This document shows positions 1 through 14,051 of a stretch of DNA of 64,000 nt, in pieces (position 1 is the first letter of the stretch; every line of letters begins with the position of its first letter). The notes under the pieces were generated by a model. It ran no database searches, had not been told where the DNA came from, and worked only from the letters and a program-made list of their open reading frames with translations. Made by a program: the position numbers and the translations under genes. Source of the stretch: Blepharisma stoltei ATCC 30299 (Eukaryota; Protista; Ciliophora); contig CBFDEM010000009.1 in assembly GCA_965603825.1 (NCBI GenBank), positions 186,001 through 250,000 on the forward strand, given 5' to 3'.

Positions 1-1089
1 TTATTTTGTGGGAAATCGATTTTATTAGCTTAAAAATTACTAATTATAGCGTATTCAGTATTGCTGTAGGACCATGATGCTTGAAAATTGCTCCGCTTAC
101 TGAGATAATGGTTGCAATGGGTGATAATAGCATATTTGATTATAATGATGTTTTAAGATTTAGAGGAAAATGAATTGAAAATCTCATAACTATTGAGCTT
201 TTAGAAACTATAAATTTTCTTTCATTAGATATTCCATCGCTTTCCCCTGTGTCACTTGATTACAAAGTAAAAAATTCTCAAACTTCTTACTGATATCTAG
301 CAGACAAAAATTATGGAATTAGGGTTTTAGAAACGAATAATAACCAAAAAAGCCGTTTGGTAGGAGAGCTTCCAATCTACATCATCATAACTATTTCATA
401 CCATTTGGTCTTTGTGGAGATATTTTATATGTTTCTTCATCTATGTCAGCAATAGTGTCTTATAAGATAAAAGAATACATTTATTTTGAAAAAGACTCTG
501 ATTATAATGTTTTGAAAGGATCAGAAGGTATCTATATTGGAGCACATAGTCCTATTATATGTTCAATGGATAATCGATATTTTTCAGTGCACACATTCAA
601 TTCAGATACAAAATCTCAAATCAATTCGAATCTCTACCCTAACTTTTATCTCTCTCTCTCACTAATCTCGCTCCGAAAATGCTAAAAGCAAGATTTATCA
701 CCGAAAATGAAATTTCTGCAATTTTTTATTCTAGTTTTACATATAAAAGACTCAAGATAAATCAAAATTCTTTAATATTTCCAAATATGAACAGAATTGA
801 GTATAATGAAATGATAAATGAATGGGGAACTGAGAATTTCAGCATTACAATTTCTGCAGAAAATATGAACAATGCTGTTAATTCTTCGATCATTTATTTT
901 ACACGCGAGATAAATGCAGAGACTTTGGCTCAAAGCAATTTATTAGATTTTACCTATTGACTGGCAAGATTTTTAATTCTTATTGCAATTTTAGCTTTTT
1001 TCACAGCAAGCGTAAACTTTGCTAAAAGAATTGGGTCAAAGCATAAAATAGTTCAAACATATTTTGATGAAAAAGCATTGAAGGCATAA
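1..1089 (+). pseudogene. 5'-truncated (window edge) paralogue of the 1437-5714 surface protein with two frameshifts; pseudogene or assembly error
   Basis: Frame 3 (ILWEIDF...YWYLADKNYGIRVL), frame 2 (FGLCGDILY) and frame 1 (KINQNSLIFPNM...WGTENF...TM helix, TAA 1087-1089) align in order to the C-terminal third of the next gene. Shifts fall near 378-388 (ATC repeats) and 649-660 ((TC)n). Confidence 0.7.
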
Positions 1090-1436
1090 AATAAGAATTA
1101 ATATTATTTTATAATAAATAATGATGACTCAAATTATTTTAGACTTAAATTCTTAATTATCTGCATCAAGATTTTTGAGGCTACGTTTTAGATTCAGCAG
1201 CTTATTTTATTTAATTACTATTTTTTCACCAAATTGTAGTAGTAATTGAAAATCTTAGTTCCTGTAAGCCTAAAGCAGGACACAATACATTTGGATAAAT
1301 AATATAGCAATGTATTTGAGTCATCTGTAAAAAATCACTAAATATTTTCTAGCATCTAGAAAATTCATAGAAAACAATTTCATTTCGATTGAATTGTCTT
1401 TCGAAATCATTAAACTTTAACTATTAAAATAATTAA

Positions 1437-4400
1437 ATGCTGGTGAGGTATTTATTTCTCTTTCCTGCTGTACTTTCAATCATGATACAAAGGGAACTCG
1501 GATCAATTTACTTAACGGAAGGAGAATCTTATGAGCTATACTTATCAGACTATTTCAGTGGAAACAATCTATCTTTTGCAATCTCCGATTCTAATATGAC
1601 AGCTGGTTCAGCAATACTTGAAAATAAATGCGAATTTGAGATTCTAGCATTCCTCCCATTTCAAAATTCGAGCTGAAATGAAACCTGAGCCCATTCATCT
1701 CTCAAGCCTTTAATATCCTGAAGGCCAATTCCTGAATCATATGAAATCATAATATGGTATAATCTTAAATATATTGTTTTTTATAACTTTTCTTCTGAAC
1801 GAGGAGAAATTGAAATGTTTTGAAATGGATTTATTGACACAGGGGAAAATATAGAATATTCTCAAATAGAAGATATAAAAATTTATTCAAGTAACTATGG
1901 TCAAATCTCTTACGCTTTAATATGAGCTAAGCAGCAGGAAAATACACTTATATGGAGAAACAATTTTTATTATATGAATTTATTAAATTTATCAGCTCTA
2001 GAAAACCCAAAATGAGTGAACTTCAGTGAAGCTACTTATGCCTCTAATATTATCCTAGCTCATGGGGAGATTAGCAACATAATTTCTATTTATCTTGAAT
2101 TCTCATCCTCACCTAGTGCAATTTATTTATATAATATAACAAATATTGAAGAGCCTATCCTTAATCAAGTAATATCAAAATATTATGGAGTCTTAATAAG
2201 CAAACTTTCAGTTGCTAGTATGTACATTAATTCAATTTATTTGTACATTCTTGATACAAATTTTGGACTTATTAATTATATTATGTCTGGGTCTCGGGAT
2301 ATATTTTTTAAAGAAAATGAATGAGCTTATTATGGCTATGTTGGGACTCTCAGTTCTATGTGAGAATATTCTTTTGACTTCTTAGGAGTTATTTCAAGCT
2401 CAGGAGTATTGTTTTTTAAAAATCCGCTACAGCGATCATTTATAGGTTTTCTGGAAGGAAAAGGAATGAATTGGGAGAATGGTTGCCTTCAAATTACTGA
2501 AAATTATTACTTTGTGCAGTCTAGTAATGGAATTTTATCAGTTGGTTTAAGCTGAGTAGAGCCGCTTCAAATATTATATAAAATTGATATAAGTCATCTA
2601 GTTGGAGAAAGTTTTCAAGCTACTGGGCAATGAGGATTTTTAATAAATGATGGTATATTTTATTTGAGGTTTGATATGGATGGCTTAAGGATTTATAAAG
2701 CATACTTAGAAGAGTGAAGCCTTAAAATCTGGGGAAATTCAACTTACTATGTCCAAATCACTGCAAAATCTCAAAATGATGACATAATTTCCAGTACTTT
2801 ATATGTCAACTCAATTCCTCAAAATTCACAAGAAATTTTCCAAATCGACATGTATCGGCCAGTTTCCATCTCTCCTATCGAATTGATAGCTGACGGACAA
2901 AATGGAACCTATTTTTATATAGCTTTGAATGATTATTTTTCGGGTCCAAATCTTGAATTCACAATAGTTGATCTTCCCGATTTAAATACTGCTAGTTTCG
3001 AAATCATTGCTATGAACAAACTGAAATTATATCAAAATGTTTCTCTGTCAAGCAATATTACAAATTTTTTAATTTCTGGAGCAAATATCGTATATTTTTA
3101 TGATAATAAAGTTATGGCTGATACAAGCTATGGCCCTATAACTATAAATGTTACCAATCCTATAAAATTTTTATGAAGCAGAGGCTACGTCATATATTCT
3201 AAGCCAAGTCAAAATTCATTTTTAATTATAAGTTATTTTTATTCTAGTGGAATCACTCAGACATTTCCATCAGAAATAGATTGCATTTTCTTTTTATGTG
3301 ATTATAGCTATCTTATATGTGCAAATTCACATCAAATTGACGTATATTACAATAATGAGACTTCTGAATATGTTTATATAGCTTCTTTAACTGGTGAGCA
3401 ATTTGAAAAAGGCTCTTCATGAAATATTACAGACTTAGAAATATCTTCCTCAATTTATTCTATGCTCTACATTTATATAATAGATAGCGATTTAGGTGCA
3501 GCTATTGTAGACTTATTTAGTATAATTAAAACAACTGAACCTTATAATTATTATGGAAAAGTATCAGGTGCTAAAAATGTTATAAATACAGGAAGTGAAA
3601 TTTGTTTTGTTTTTGAAAATTTTATTGAGATATATGGATATTCTTTAGAATATTGGAAAACAATTTTGACAAATATATATGAGCCTATTGTTGGAACATA
3701 TGGAGAGTCAAATATGATTTATTTGATAACTAGTAGTGCTTTATATATCTTTAATAGCGACCAGCCATCACATAATTCTTTATTTTATACGCTGCCTATT
3801 AGCAATCCAAGCCTATTATCATTTGGGTTATTTGACTGAGGAGATATGAGAATTGCTAATTTCAATCCTGATAAGCACTATGCTGAAATCTATATAAGCT
3901 CATGCCCTAATAAAGAAAGCAACGTGGGATGCTCACTTTATTATACATTTTATATGCACATTGGGAACTCTAAGTACTTAAAAGACTTTTCTTTACAAAC
4001 AAGCATTTCAATAGCTGCATTTAATAAAGAAAATTTATTAAAAGAAACTTTCCCTATAAATTTGGTAATTAATGGAAATTTTCCTTGGTATCAAGAAGAA
4101 AATTGAGAAAATCATAAAAATATCCCATATAACGAGAGATACGAATTAGATTTAAGTAAATTTTTTGAGGGGCAAAATATTTTGATGACTTTGTCTGTTA
4201 ATGGAAATTACTCTTTCAATGAAACAGTAGAAAACTGGCCTGCAGTCATTCCTCAGCGAACTGAATTACTGGGGAAATACGATTTGAATAAGCATAATGG
4301 TATTTCCAGCCATATTATTATACCCAATACAGAGATCGCTGTAATTTTGTCTTTTTCTGAATTCTTCATAATCGACGCTACTGGGTTGACGAATAAAGCT

Positions 4401-5714
4401 GTGGCTTTGAACTTAACTGAGATTTCAAATATTAATGATTTGAAGTGCTACTTTATGGACGTTTTCCCTCACACACAAAATAATCTCACTTTATTAATAA
4501 CTTCATGCATTTATAGAATTCCAGAAGCAATTGAATATAAAAACACAACCACTTATACTTCGGAATTTGCTTATGCTATTATTCTATGAGAGTTAGATTA
4601 TATAAATTTTGAAATAATTAAATGCAGGCTCTTTAATACATATAGCGATCACAACTATCTAAAAGTTGCCCCTCTTGATGCTCACAGTTTTGAGATTTTG
4701 GCATTTTATACTTACGGTTCAACACTAAATTATATAAATAACATTTACAGATATAGTGGAAGATGAAAGATTAATGATATTAGCATTAGTCAATGTGAAG
4801 TCATAAATTATTTTTCTTTGGGTTTAAATTCATTCTATGCTATTCTAGCTGAATTCATAGTGAAAGACTCTGAAACTGTTTATTGGTATATAATTGACAA
4901 CCAATATGGAATAAGAATTATACAAACTACTAAAACTTCTACAAGTATCTTAGTAGGTGGACTTTATATCGAACTCAATTATTATTTTTTAAATTTTGGA
5001 TTATGAGGAGATACACTTTATATATATTCTGAAGGATGAATGAAATCATTTAAATTAAGATCTTACACTAGATTAGAAGAAGATTTGAATTATGGTGCTT
5101 ACGAGTTACCAGAATCTGACTATTTATTTGTGCTAAATAATATTGTTTCTTCAAAAGATAATAGATACATTGCATGCCCTGCTTGAAGGAGCGATCTAGG
5201 GCTATTAATTAGAATATGAGACACAAAAGCAAAGAATTCATCTAATATTATATCAGAAATCTACGCCTCAGAAATAAATACTCTTTTATATCCAGTCAGC
5301 ATGCAGTTTATTGGCAATTCAATACTTACATTCTATATTAGCCATAGGAATGAATATAGAAGTTATAAAATTAATGAAAATTATTTGATATTCCCTAAAA
5401 TGAGCAAAGAAGAGTACTCAGAAATGACTAATTTGTGGGGAACAAACTCGTTTTATTTGTATGTTATTGCAGAAAATGCCAATGGAGAGGTTGCCTCAAA
5501 GTATCTTTATTTTAATAGAGAGGTCAGAGGAAAGAAAAGTGATAATTATTGATGGATTTGGGTTTTAGTTTCTATAGCAATTGTTGCTTGCATCATTGGA
5601 GGGGGGCTTTATATTAGGAAACTGTTGAAAGCCCATAGACGTCGATCTTTAGAGTTAATTCTTATGAGAGAAATTCATAATAAAGAGGGTTTACAAGACA
5701 CAGAGCTAAATTAA
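1437..5714 (+). CDS. ~1425-aa type I membrane/surface protein: signal peptide, three beta-rich modules, C-terminal TM helix
   Basis: Eight track ORFs share one frame and each ends at TGA; terminal TAA at 5712-5714. Recurrent motif LSDYFSGNNL / LNDYFSGPNL / LSKFFEGQNI; TM segment WWIWVLVSIAIVACIIGGGLYI followed by a basic tail. Confidence 0.85.
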
Positions 5715-5997
5715 TTGCTTTGCAAAGCCATTAAGCAAATTTAATCTTAGTAGTAATATAGCTAGATAATGTTTGGCTGATTCAGGCAGTTTCTTTTCAC
5801 TTGTATTTGTAAATTCAAAGAAATAATTCCTAACAGACTGTTTCTTAAAGTATTTATAAGAAACCTAACCTATAGCCTTTCAAACTTATTCTTAGAGGTG
5901 CATTAAGCCAGGCAGATATCGGATCTATGCTTTATGAAATTTATACTAATTTAGATTTACTAAAGTAATTATATGCTTTACTTCATAGTTAATTTTA

Positions 5998-7005
5998 TTA
6001 AAAAGGAATTTTTTCTAATATAATTAAATGGAATGTTGGGAATCTTGTGAACGGTGTGTTTTCCACAATAACTTCTATTTCTTTTCTATATTCCTCAATT
6101 ATTAATTTAACTTCTTCTTCATCTCTCTTAACCACCCTCTTTAAGCACGTTTCAAGATGCTTAATAGCCAATAATTTCAAACTCTCCAAAAATTCTTCTT
6201 TATTTTCTTCTGTAAGTTTTCAATCATCATCAACTTTTTTATTCTCTATAATTCTATATAAATGCTTGACTTCTTCTAAAGCCCTTTGGATTTCTTCATC
6301 GCTTTTTCCATACGTGGGAATCGTTATTTTTCCTTTTTCTTCTTCATTTATCACCCCTTTAGCATACATATTTTCATTAACTATTTGTATTGGGACTGCA
6401 GGATATAGCATACCTACAGTTTCTGTTGGGATAATTATAAGCAATCTCCCTAGATCGACTAATTCTTTATATCTTTGAGTTAAAATATTAATGAAATGGC
6501 TATGTGCAACTTCTGCTATTTGCTGCTTTAATATAAGGTCATTTGTAGATGAAGGACAAATGTGATCGAATACTGAGAAAGATTGAGGCAAAAAATGAAA
6601 GGCTAAGGAAGAGATTCCGATATGAACATAATTATTGGGGAAAATCTGCTGAATAAAAGTTCTTCCTAGCCCGGAAAAATAAACATTTGGGATTTTAACG
6701 TAAGAATCTGAATCTTCGAGGGTTTTGAAGGTTGTATTTCAGTTATTTTCTGGCAAGTCGTTATGAATAATCATAATAGGTTTTTGGGAAAATTCTCGAA
6801 ATCTTGGGAGAGTTTGATTAAAGAATGCAACTGAGTTATAGCCTTCGGCTGAGCCGTAGTCTGAGATCACTATAGTTTCGTTGAAATTTGTATCAATATG
6901 TTGAAGAGAATCAATAAAAGGCTCTGCAAGCTTTATTAAGACTCTTCTTTGATTGCTTGATGCTTGGTTATAGTCTTTAAAGATATGCAATCCAGATAAT
7001 TTCAT
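5998..7005 (-). CDS. SAM-dependent carboxyl methyltransferase, SABATH/Methyltransf_7 family, 335 aa
   Basis: Three ORFs in frame through TGA. Motifs ISDYGSAEGYNS, HNDLPENNW (TGA=W), GRTFISQIFP, SSLAFHFL. Confidence 0.85.
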
Positions 7006-7547
7006 TTTATTTTTTATGGCTTCATGAAAATGGCTTAAAAATTACTATAGAATTATTTGAAGAATTATATTAGAAGTTTTGATTATTAGTTCATTAGACA
7101 GTAAATCAATTTTTTTCAATATGCAATTATTATAAAAGCCTTTGAATTATAAAAAGATTTTTCAGATATCAAATTTTTGATAGAATTGCCATATGTTGAG
7201 GAAACTCTAAAAAAAGTAATAAGAGGATTTAATCCATACTCTTTTATAGCTGCTATTATCTATCAGGTTATTAACCCCTAGATATTAGAATTCATCAATT
7301 AAAATCTAAAAGCAATTCCAATTGATGATGATTATAATAAGGTTGTAACTTTACTTGCATTAAGGATTACAGGATATTACTGAGCCTTCTAAAGACCGTC
7401 TCAATAGTTTATGATACTTACCCACCCATTATTAGCAGTAAAACCATAAATTTGAAGCTCTGTCAGTTTAACTTAAATTAATCCTTAAAGATTATCAACA
7501 TGCTGAAAATTTTAAAAAAATATTTGTTGATCTTTATTATTTATCAA

Positions 7548-10001
7548 TTATGATGAATCATTCATTTTAATACTAGACGCATGAAGAGCCAATATCCCAT
7601 TTACTGATGACCAAACCAATTCTATACCTCCACTACTGTTGCATTGGCTTAAGCTATCTCTTCTATTCAAAAAAGACTTTACGTTTCATTTTTTAATTGA
7701 TCCATCCTTACCACTCGTAAATAAAAACTCCCCACAAACTGAAAAGCAAGCTGATGTAACTAAACCATCATGGCCCAAAATTTTGCGCTCTATTTGTCCT
7801 AAATCTTTATTTCAGAAAATTATTTTTCCGTTTTCCACACAGCAAACAATGAATTTCTCACATGGTGAAAAGGTCACAAAAAAATTAGGAGCGTCACCAT
7901 TTATAAGTGTCTTTACAGCAGCCCCCTCTTCAACATCCCAAATATAAGTAGTTCCATTTGAGCATCCGGACAGCAAAAATTTTTCACAATTAGAAAAAGT
8001 TACTGAGCATATGTATTTTGTGTATCCTTTCAAGCGTTTATTTTTCCATTCCTCATTTTCCTTATACCAAAGCTCAATATAATAGAAGTATTTTCCAACT
8101 GCAATATATTTTCCATATTTTGAAACTGCTATTGATTTTACTTCTTGCTTCCCACCTGATAGTTTATGTTTGATTTCCTGATTTTTGCAATCTATAATAT
8201 ATATTCATCGACTTGAGCCTCCAGCTATCAATGAACTATCATCGTGTGAAAATGATATTGAATGGACTGGCTTTAGATATAGCTTAAGAAGGTTACGCTC
8301 TTGCAGACTGTCAACGTCTCATATTTGAAAATTAACAAACGCGGAGGCAAGAAACCTGCCGCAATGAGAAAAAGCTAAGGATGTGGTATTTTTATCATAA
8401 GAGTGAAATTCTCATACTAATTTCATGCTCTTTAAATCTCATAGTTTTATCGTGTTCTCACGTCCTGCTGAAGCAATTAAATCTCCTCGTGGCGATGCTA
8501 TCACTATAGAAACTGCTTTTTTATGGCCTTCGAAATTCTTAGTTTTGCCTTCGATTTTTCATATTAGTATAGAATTATCAGAAGCACATGCGATTCCATC
8601 AGCAACGGTCTTTAAGCCAAAATATTTATCATAAATGCTTTTTTTCGGAAATTCCCAAACCAAGGCTTTCTCGAATAGATCTCATATAGAAATTGTCGCA
8701 GATTGAGTTAACGAGATCAAGTATTTTCCATTATTTGTGAATTCTATTTCATTAATTGAGGTATCACATTTTGCAATTTTAAATTTTTTTCAGCCGTCTC
8801 AGTTTGAATTTATTTTTCACAATTGAATGAAGCCATCGACAAAACCTACTGCTATTGAATAACTATCAATAGGGCAAAGTGCTATTGCGCTTACAGTGTT
8901 ATGAGGCATTAATCCTATATTTATATTTATACAGCCATTATAAATATGATGAAATGAGACTAGGTAATTGGATAAATATATAATATACTGACTGCAAGGT
9001 GAAAATCCCATTATCTTATGCTTGCAACTCTTATTATTATTATATATATCCTTTAATCTTTCTCTTTCTAAGGTTTTTAAATTTCATATCGAAGCTACTG
9101 TATTATCAGAAGAGTCTGCACCATCATCCCAAACAGCGATTAGCTCTTTATTGGGAGAAATGACAAAATTTATCTGATTTGAACTTTGTGAAGTAAATAG
9201 AATTTTAAGTTCAGCAGTTTCTGTGTTTATAAGAGCAATGGATTTATTGTCTAAATTTGCTATTATCAATTTTAAGTTTGGTAAATATGACAGTGAAATA
9301 GCACGAACATTTAAATTTGAAAATAATTTGAATTTTTTCCGATTTTTCATATCTCATATTCCAATTTTGCCATAAATGTTACAAGTTGCAAGCCATTGGT
9401 AGCACGGAGAGAACGAAAATGATAGAATTTTTGCATTATCAGTAATGAAAGGAGAAATTGACTGAAAATTAAGGCTGCATCCTTTAAAATTAGAGAAAAG
9501 CAAGGAGGATTGGGAAAAGTTTACTCCTTGAACATTGGAGTTTTGCAGATCAGAGTGGAAAAAGAATGATCCTGATAAGTCTGCATTAGGAATCTTAATG
9601 TTTGCCATATTCTTGTTAATAAACTGGTATCCAGAATGGTTCAAAAGAGTTATAGCGTTGGATGAGGCAATATTAATTTTGTCTGATTTTTTTGACATCA
9701 TCACTATTTCGTAAAGAATATCTAAAAGACTTTTTTCATTATCCTTTAAAAGTTCTTTAAATATTAAGCATGCGTCATAGCAGTTGTTTAATGAAATAAA
9801 ATTTATATAAGAATTTTCAACAGAAATTGCAGATACTCATTTTGGTATGTCCTTGAGAATTCTTTTCGCGATAAATTGTTGTATCTGAGAATTGGATAGT
9901 TTTATTCACTGAAATGATAGATAATGAGGCTTTGATCTGCAAAGCATTATACTTTGGATGGTCAATCTCTTTTCATCATGCAAAGAAGCGGCATAGTGCA
10001 T
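7548..10001 (-). CDS. Pentapeptide-repeat plus multi-WD40 protein, ~817 aa; start uncertain
   Basis: Single frame. SSNAITLL...IPNADLSGSFF...NVQGVNFSQSSL pentapeptide block, then WD repeats (GHKKAV...TIKLWD, GHDGLVTS...IKKWN) with several Trp encoded by TGA. Confidence 0.8.
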
Positions 10002-10306
10002 ATTGACTATTCTATGTATTGCATTTTAATGTATGGTTTTATTAAAGATCAGTCCTATTACGATCAGATACAGTGTTTTGAATTTAATATACAATTATTT
10101 CATACTTAGCGATTCAGAATAATCCTGACAATTTAATAGATCATATAATCGATTGGCATGCTTATTACATACATCATATGTCAAAATAAAATTCAGAAAC
10201 ACTGATTATATTTTAATTTAAGATAGGCTATTTTAAATACTAAATATTGGGCATAATGCCGATGTATATAGAAGAATCGATTATATGTTAATATTTAATT
10301 GTAATA

Positions 10307-11695
10307 ATGAAACCATTCAAGTGTTTTGTAGCTAATTGTCCAAACGATCCAGAGCATATCTGCAAATGTACCCCAGAACATACTATCTTTTGCAGCAGTC
10401 ATGCAAGAAATCATATGACTAAGAAGTTTGAGAAGCCTCATGAGTGAATTGATCTTTATTTCCAGCCAAATCCAGAATCAAGGCTGCTAGTAATTGAGAA
10501 AGTAAACGAATTAAAGAAGGAAATTCGTTCACGCCTTGATTCGTTGGCTTCACAGTATATAGAACTCTTAACAACAATTGAATCATCTTTAAGTATTGCT
10601 ATCGAAAAATATCATAAATTAGATGCCGAATGTAATGATATCATTTTCTTTGCAACCCAAGATAGAGTTTTAAACATGCCTACAGAATATAAGATTGAAG
10701 AACCGCTTCAACTTGATCCTGAAGAGTGTAAAAAGATAATAAAATGCTGAAAATTTCCTGAAATCGAATCAGATTTAGATAAGCTTAAAGCATATATAGA
10801 AAATCTTTATGAAATTTTAGAAGTAAATCCATTCCAAAGAGGTGATAAATCTACAGTCAATTCTGAAGAAATCCATTTTATAAGAAATAATTCCACAGAT
10901 TTAAATATTATGAATTTATCATTGATGCAAACATCAAAAAAAATTCTGAATTTCTCGAAAAAAGATAGTCAATCCGTGCAATACAATAGATTTGGGGCTA
11001 ATTATTCATTTAACAGCTCTGGACTAGGAAGTGCTTTAATGCATCATGATTTTTTAATATTCTTTAATGGAACTATCAGTTTCTATAATAATTGGGGCGA
11101 TAATAATGAAGAAGAAGCTTGAACTTTCATGATAGACAAAGATAAAAATATGATAATGCTGGAATCTGGCACAAAATCAACTAGCCCTGCATTGACATAT
11201 TACAAAAATTATGTATATGTCTTAGGAGGGGTACAAAATGGTGTATCTGAAAAATATGATGTAAAAAGGAAGACATGAGAAAATTTGGCTCCTCTTCCTC
11301 AAGGCTGCTTTTGTTCTCCTCATTCTGCATTATTTGAAGATAAAATATTGATAACTGCTATTTGCCTCACCCAGATTATGATTTACGATATTATACGAAA
11401 TTCTTATACACAAATCCAAAATTTGAAGTTGAACAATTCTTTAAACAAATCAATATTGTCATACAATGAGAGAGTTTATGTTCTTGAATTCGGTAGAAAT
11501 ATTTATCAAAGTGAAATAGGAGATATTTCCAAATGGGAGCTTATTGGAAATAATCAGCTCTCAAATTGCATTGTTCAGTCTTATAGTGTAGCATTTAAAG
11601 GAGGCATTTATTTTGTAAATCGAAATAATCAACTAATAGAGTTCAATCTGAAAACAAAGATGGCAACATATATTACTTTCACTCAGAATAATTAA
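10307..11695 (+). CDS. N-terminal Cys/His zinc finger (B-box-like), coiled coil and Kelch-like propeller, 462 aa
   Basis: ATG 10307 in frame with three track ORFs. CxxxxC..CxC..FCSSH..H; VYVLGG...SEKYDVKRKTWENLAPLP Kelch motif with TGA=W. Confidence 0.8.
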
Positions 11696-12268
11696 AATCA
11701 TTATGGAAATTAAGAAATTATAATATTGATTTTAATTTCAAATTAAATATGGAGTTTATGGTATCTGGATTCCAGCAAAAAGAAAATTTTTATTAAAAAG
11801 CATTATCAGAAATCCAAATAAAGTGAGTATTTTGCCTAATAATTTTCAGTCCTACTTTAAATAAAATTGATGTCTGGATTTTTCTTTATAGGCTCTCTCT
11901 AATTCTTATTCAATCGATAATTTTATACATATCAAAGTTCGTGATTATGCCTAATATTAATTCAAAAATAAATTGGCCCAATAAAATATCATCATTCATA
12001 TCCAGCCATTATAAACTTAATTATATGATGGTGGATTTAAATAATTGAATAAAATAATAGGTGAAAATAATTAAACTTTAGTTGATAATAGTTAAAAGGA
12101 AGGAGGGTCATAATGCTAAGGCCATAGCATCTACCAAATCATAACTAAAATATTGCTCCCTCAAACTAAAAGGCAAATTCTACAAGTTTAGCAGATATTG
12201 CTTCATTAATGCAAAGATAAAATTCAATTTTAGCATTTAGACAAATTTTAATAATAATATTTATAAAT

Positions 12269-13047
12269 ATGAGGCCAAAAAGTGCTTCATAGATAATTCC
12301 CAATGGCCCAGAGCTTATCTGCAAATGCACTGCTCGCACTATATTTTGCAGTATGCATACAAAAAATCAAATGATCAAAAAGCTCGTGAGATGAATTGAT
12401 CTTTACTTTGAGCAAATGGAGATTCTAAGAATTAGGAATTTTTCTTTAAAAATGTAAATTAGAATGTAAAACTCAATTTATTGCAGTTTAATACAAATTA
12501 GATGTTGAGTACAATGAAATTATTCTTTTTTCGTCTCAAGAGAGAACACTTAGCATGCCAAAAGGTAAAGGAGATAGAAGAGTATCTTAAGATCGAGCCT
12601 GAAAAGTTCGAAAAATCGATGCAATGTTGATAAATGCCTAAAATAGAAGATGATATAAGCAAATTAAAAGAGATATAGAAGAGCTTTATACAAATTTGGA
12701 AGTGAGCCATTCAAAGAAATTGAAATTTATTTTATAAAAAAGAATAGTCTTGGACAATTTAATTCATTGAATTTGATTTCAATGACAATTTCAGCTAAAA
12801 CTATTGATCTTTTGCAATACCTCTATAATACTAGCTCTGCTTTAATCCTACCAATGGCTCAGCATTCTTTCATTGAAAGTATAATAGAAATTATAGTTAC
12901 TACTGCTCTGCAATCGGTCACAGTTTTATAATAGATAAAGATAGAAATATTAAAACGCTTTCATCAGGCACATCAGCAAGCAAGCCACCGCTATCATGAG
13001 TTTATTCTTGGGAGGATCTAATCAAAGTATATCAGAAAAATATAATT
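12269..13047 (+). pseudogene. Decayed tandem copy of the zinc-finger/Kelch gene at 10307
   Basis: Colinear nucleotide similarity (ATCTGCAAATG, TGAATTGATCTTTA, ATAGAyAAAGATA...GGCACA) with frameshifts, deletions and TAA/TAG stops. Confidence 0.8.
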
Positions 13048-14051
13048 CACCCTTCCAATTAAAAATGTGCAAAAATATTAGCTTGATATTAAAGAATAAT
13101 TTTTAATCTTAATAACCTTTACCATCTTCATAATTTAAATGAATCTGATTATGCAATTAGCTATTTTTACTATTTCTTCAAGTAACTATTCATAATAGCA
13201 TAAGCAGTAGCTAAATAGAATTTTATAAAGCAGAAGGGATAGAATAAAATAAATGAACTAAGCAGAATTCTCTTCCTCAAGGTTATTGACCCAATTCTCA
13301 TTCTGTTTTATTTAAAGATCGTATTTTAATTAAGCCTGCTGTTTAATAAATCTAGAATGCTATGATATTAAGAAGGATTCTTTCACAGCTTTTTCACACT
13401 TGGATTTAAATATTCTTCTCACAAATCAATATTTGCTATTATCAGGAGAGCCTAACTTTTTGAGTTTGGATTAAATATGTATAGTTAGCTATTTAAAATA
13501 TTTAAATTCCGATGGAAATTTAAGATAATTAGAAAAACATATAATGTAGAATTTTTAGAGTATAAAATACTATTTGATAATCGGCTCAAAAATAATATAT
13601 TGGAGAAAACTTTTGCTACGATTCCATTTATTTTTAGCATTTCATAGCACAGCTTGAGCCTGTAATATAATGATTGCATATTTTATCATTTGGCTTTATT
13701 CTTAATATATACCAGTTAAATAAACCTTTCATAAGCATTCACACATCAGTACCCTACTATCCAATTATAAACAACGTTATTGTTTAATGCTAATTCTATG
13801 CTCTATATAAACTTATAGATATAATTCTGCCATAAATTTCTCTATATATCCATATTAGCATTAAACCTAAAGCTAGACCACTAAAAATTTCTCCATCAAG
13901 AATTTATTACCATTATAATAAACAAAATTAAAAACAATTTTGTTTTTTTAATCAGCCTTTATTCTAGCGCTCACATTTTATAATCACAAATTCTTATCAG
14001 AATATATACAAATATTCACTCCATCTTAGAATTATTTTTATTAATATATTG

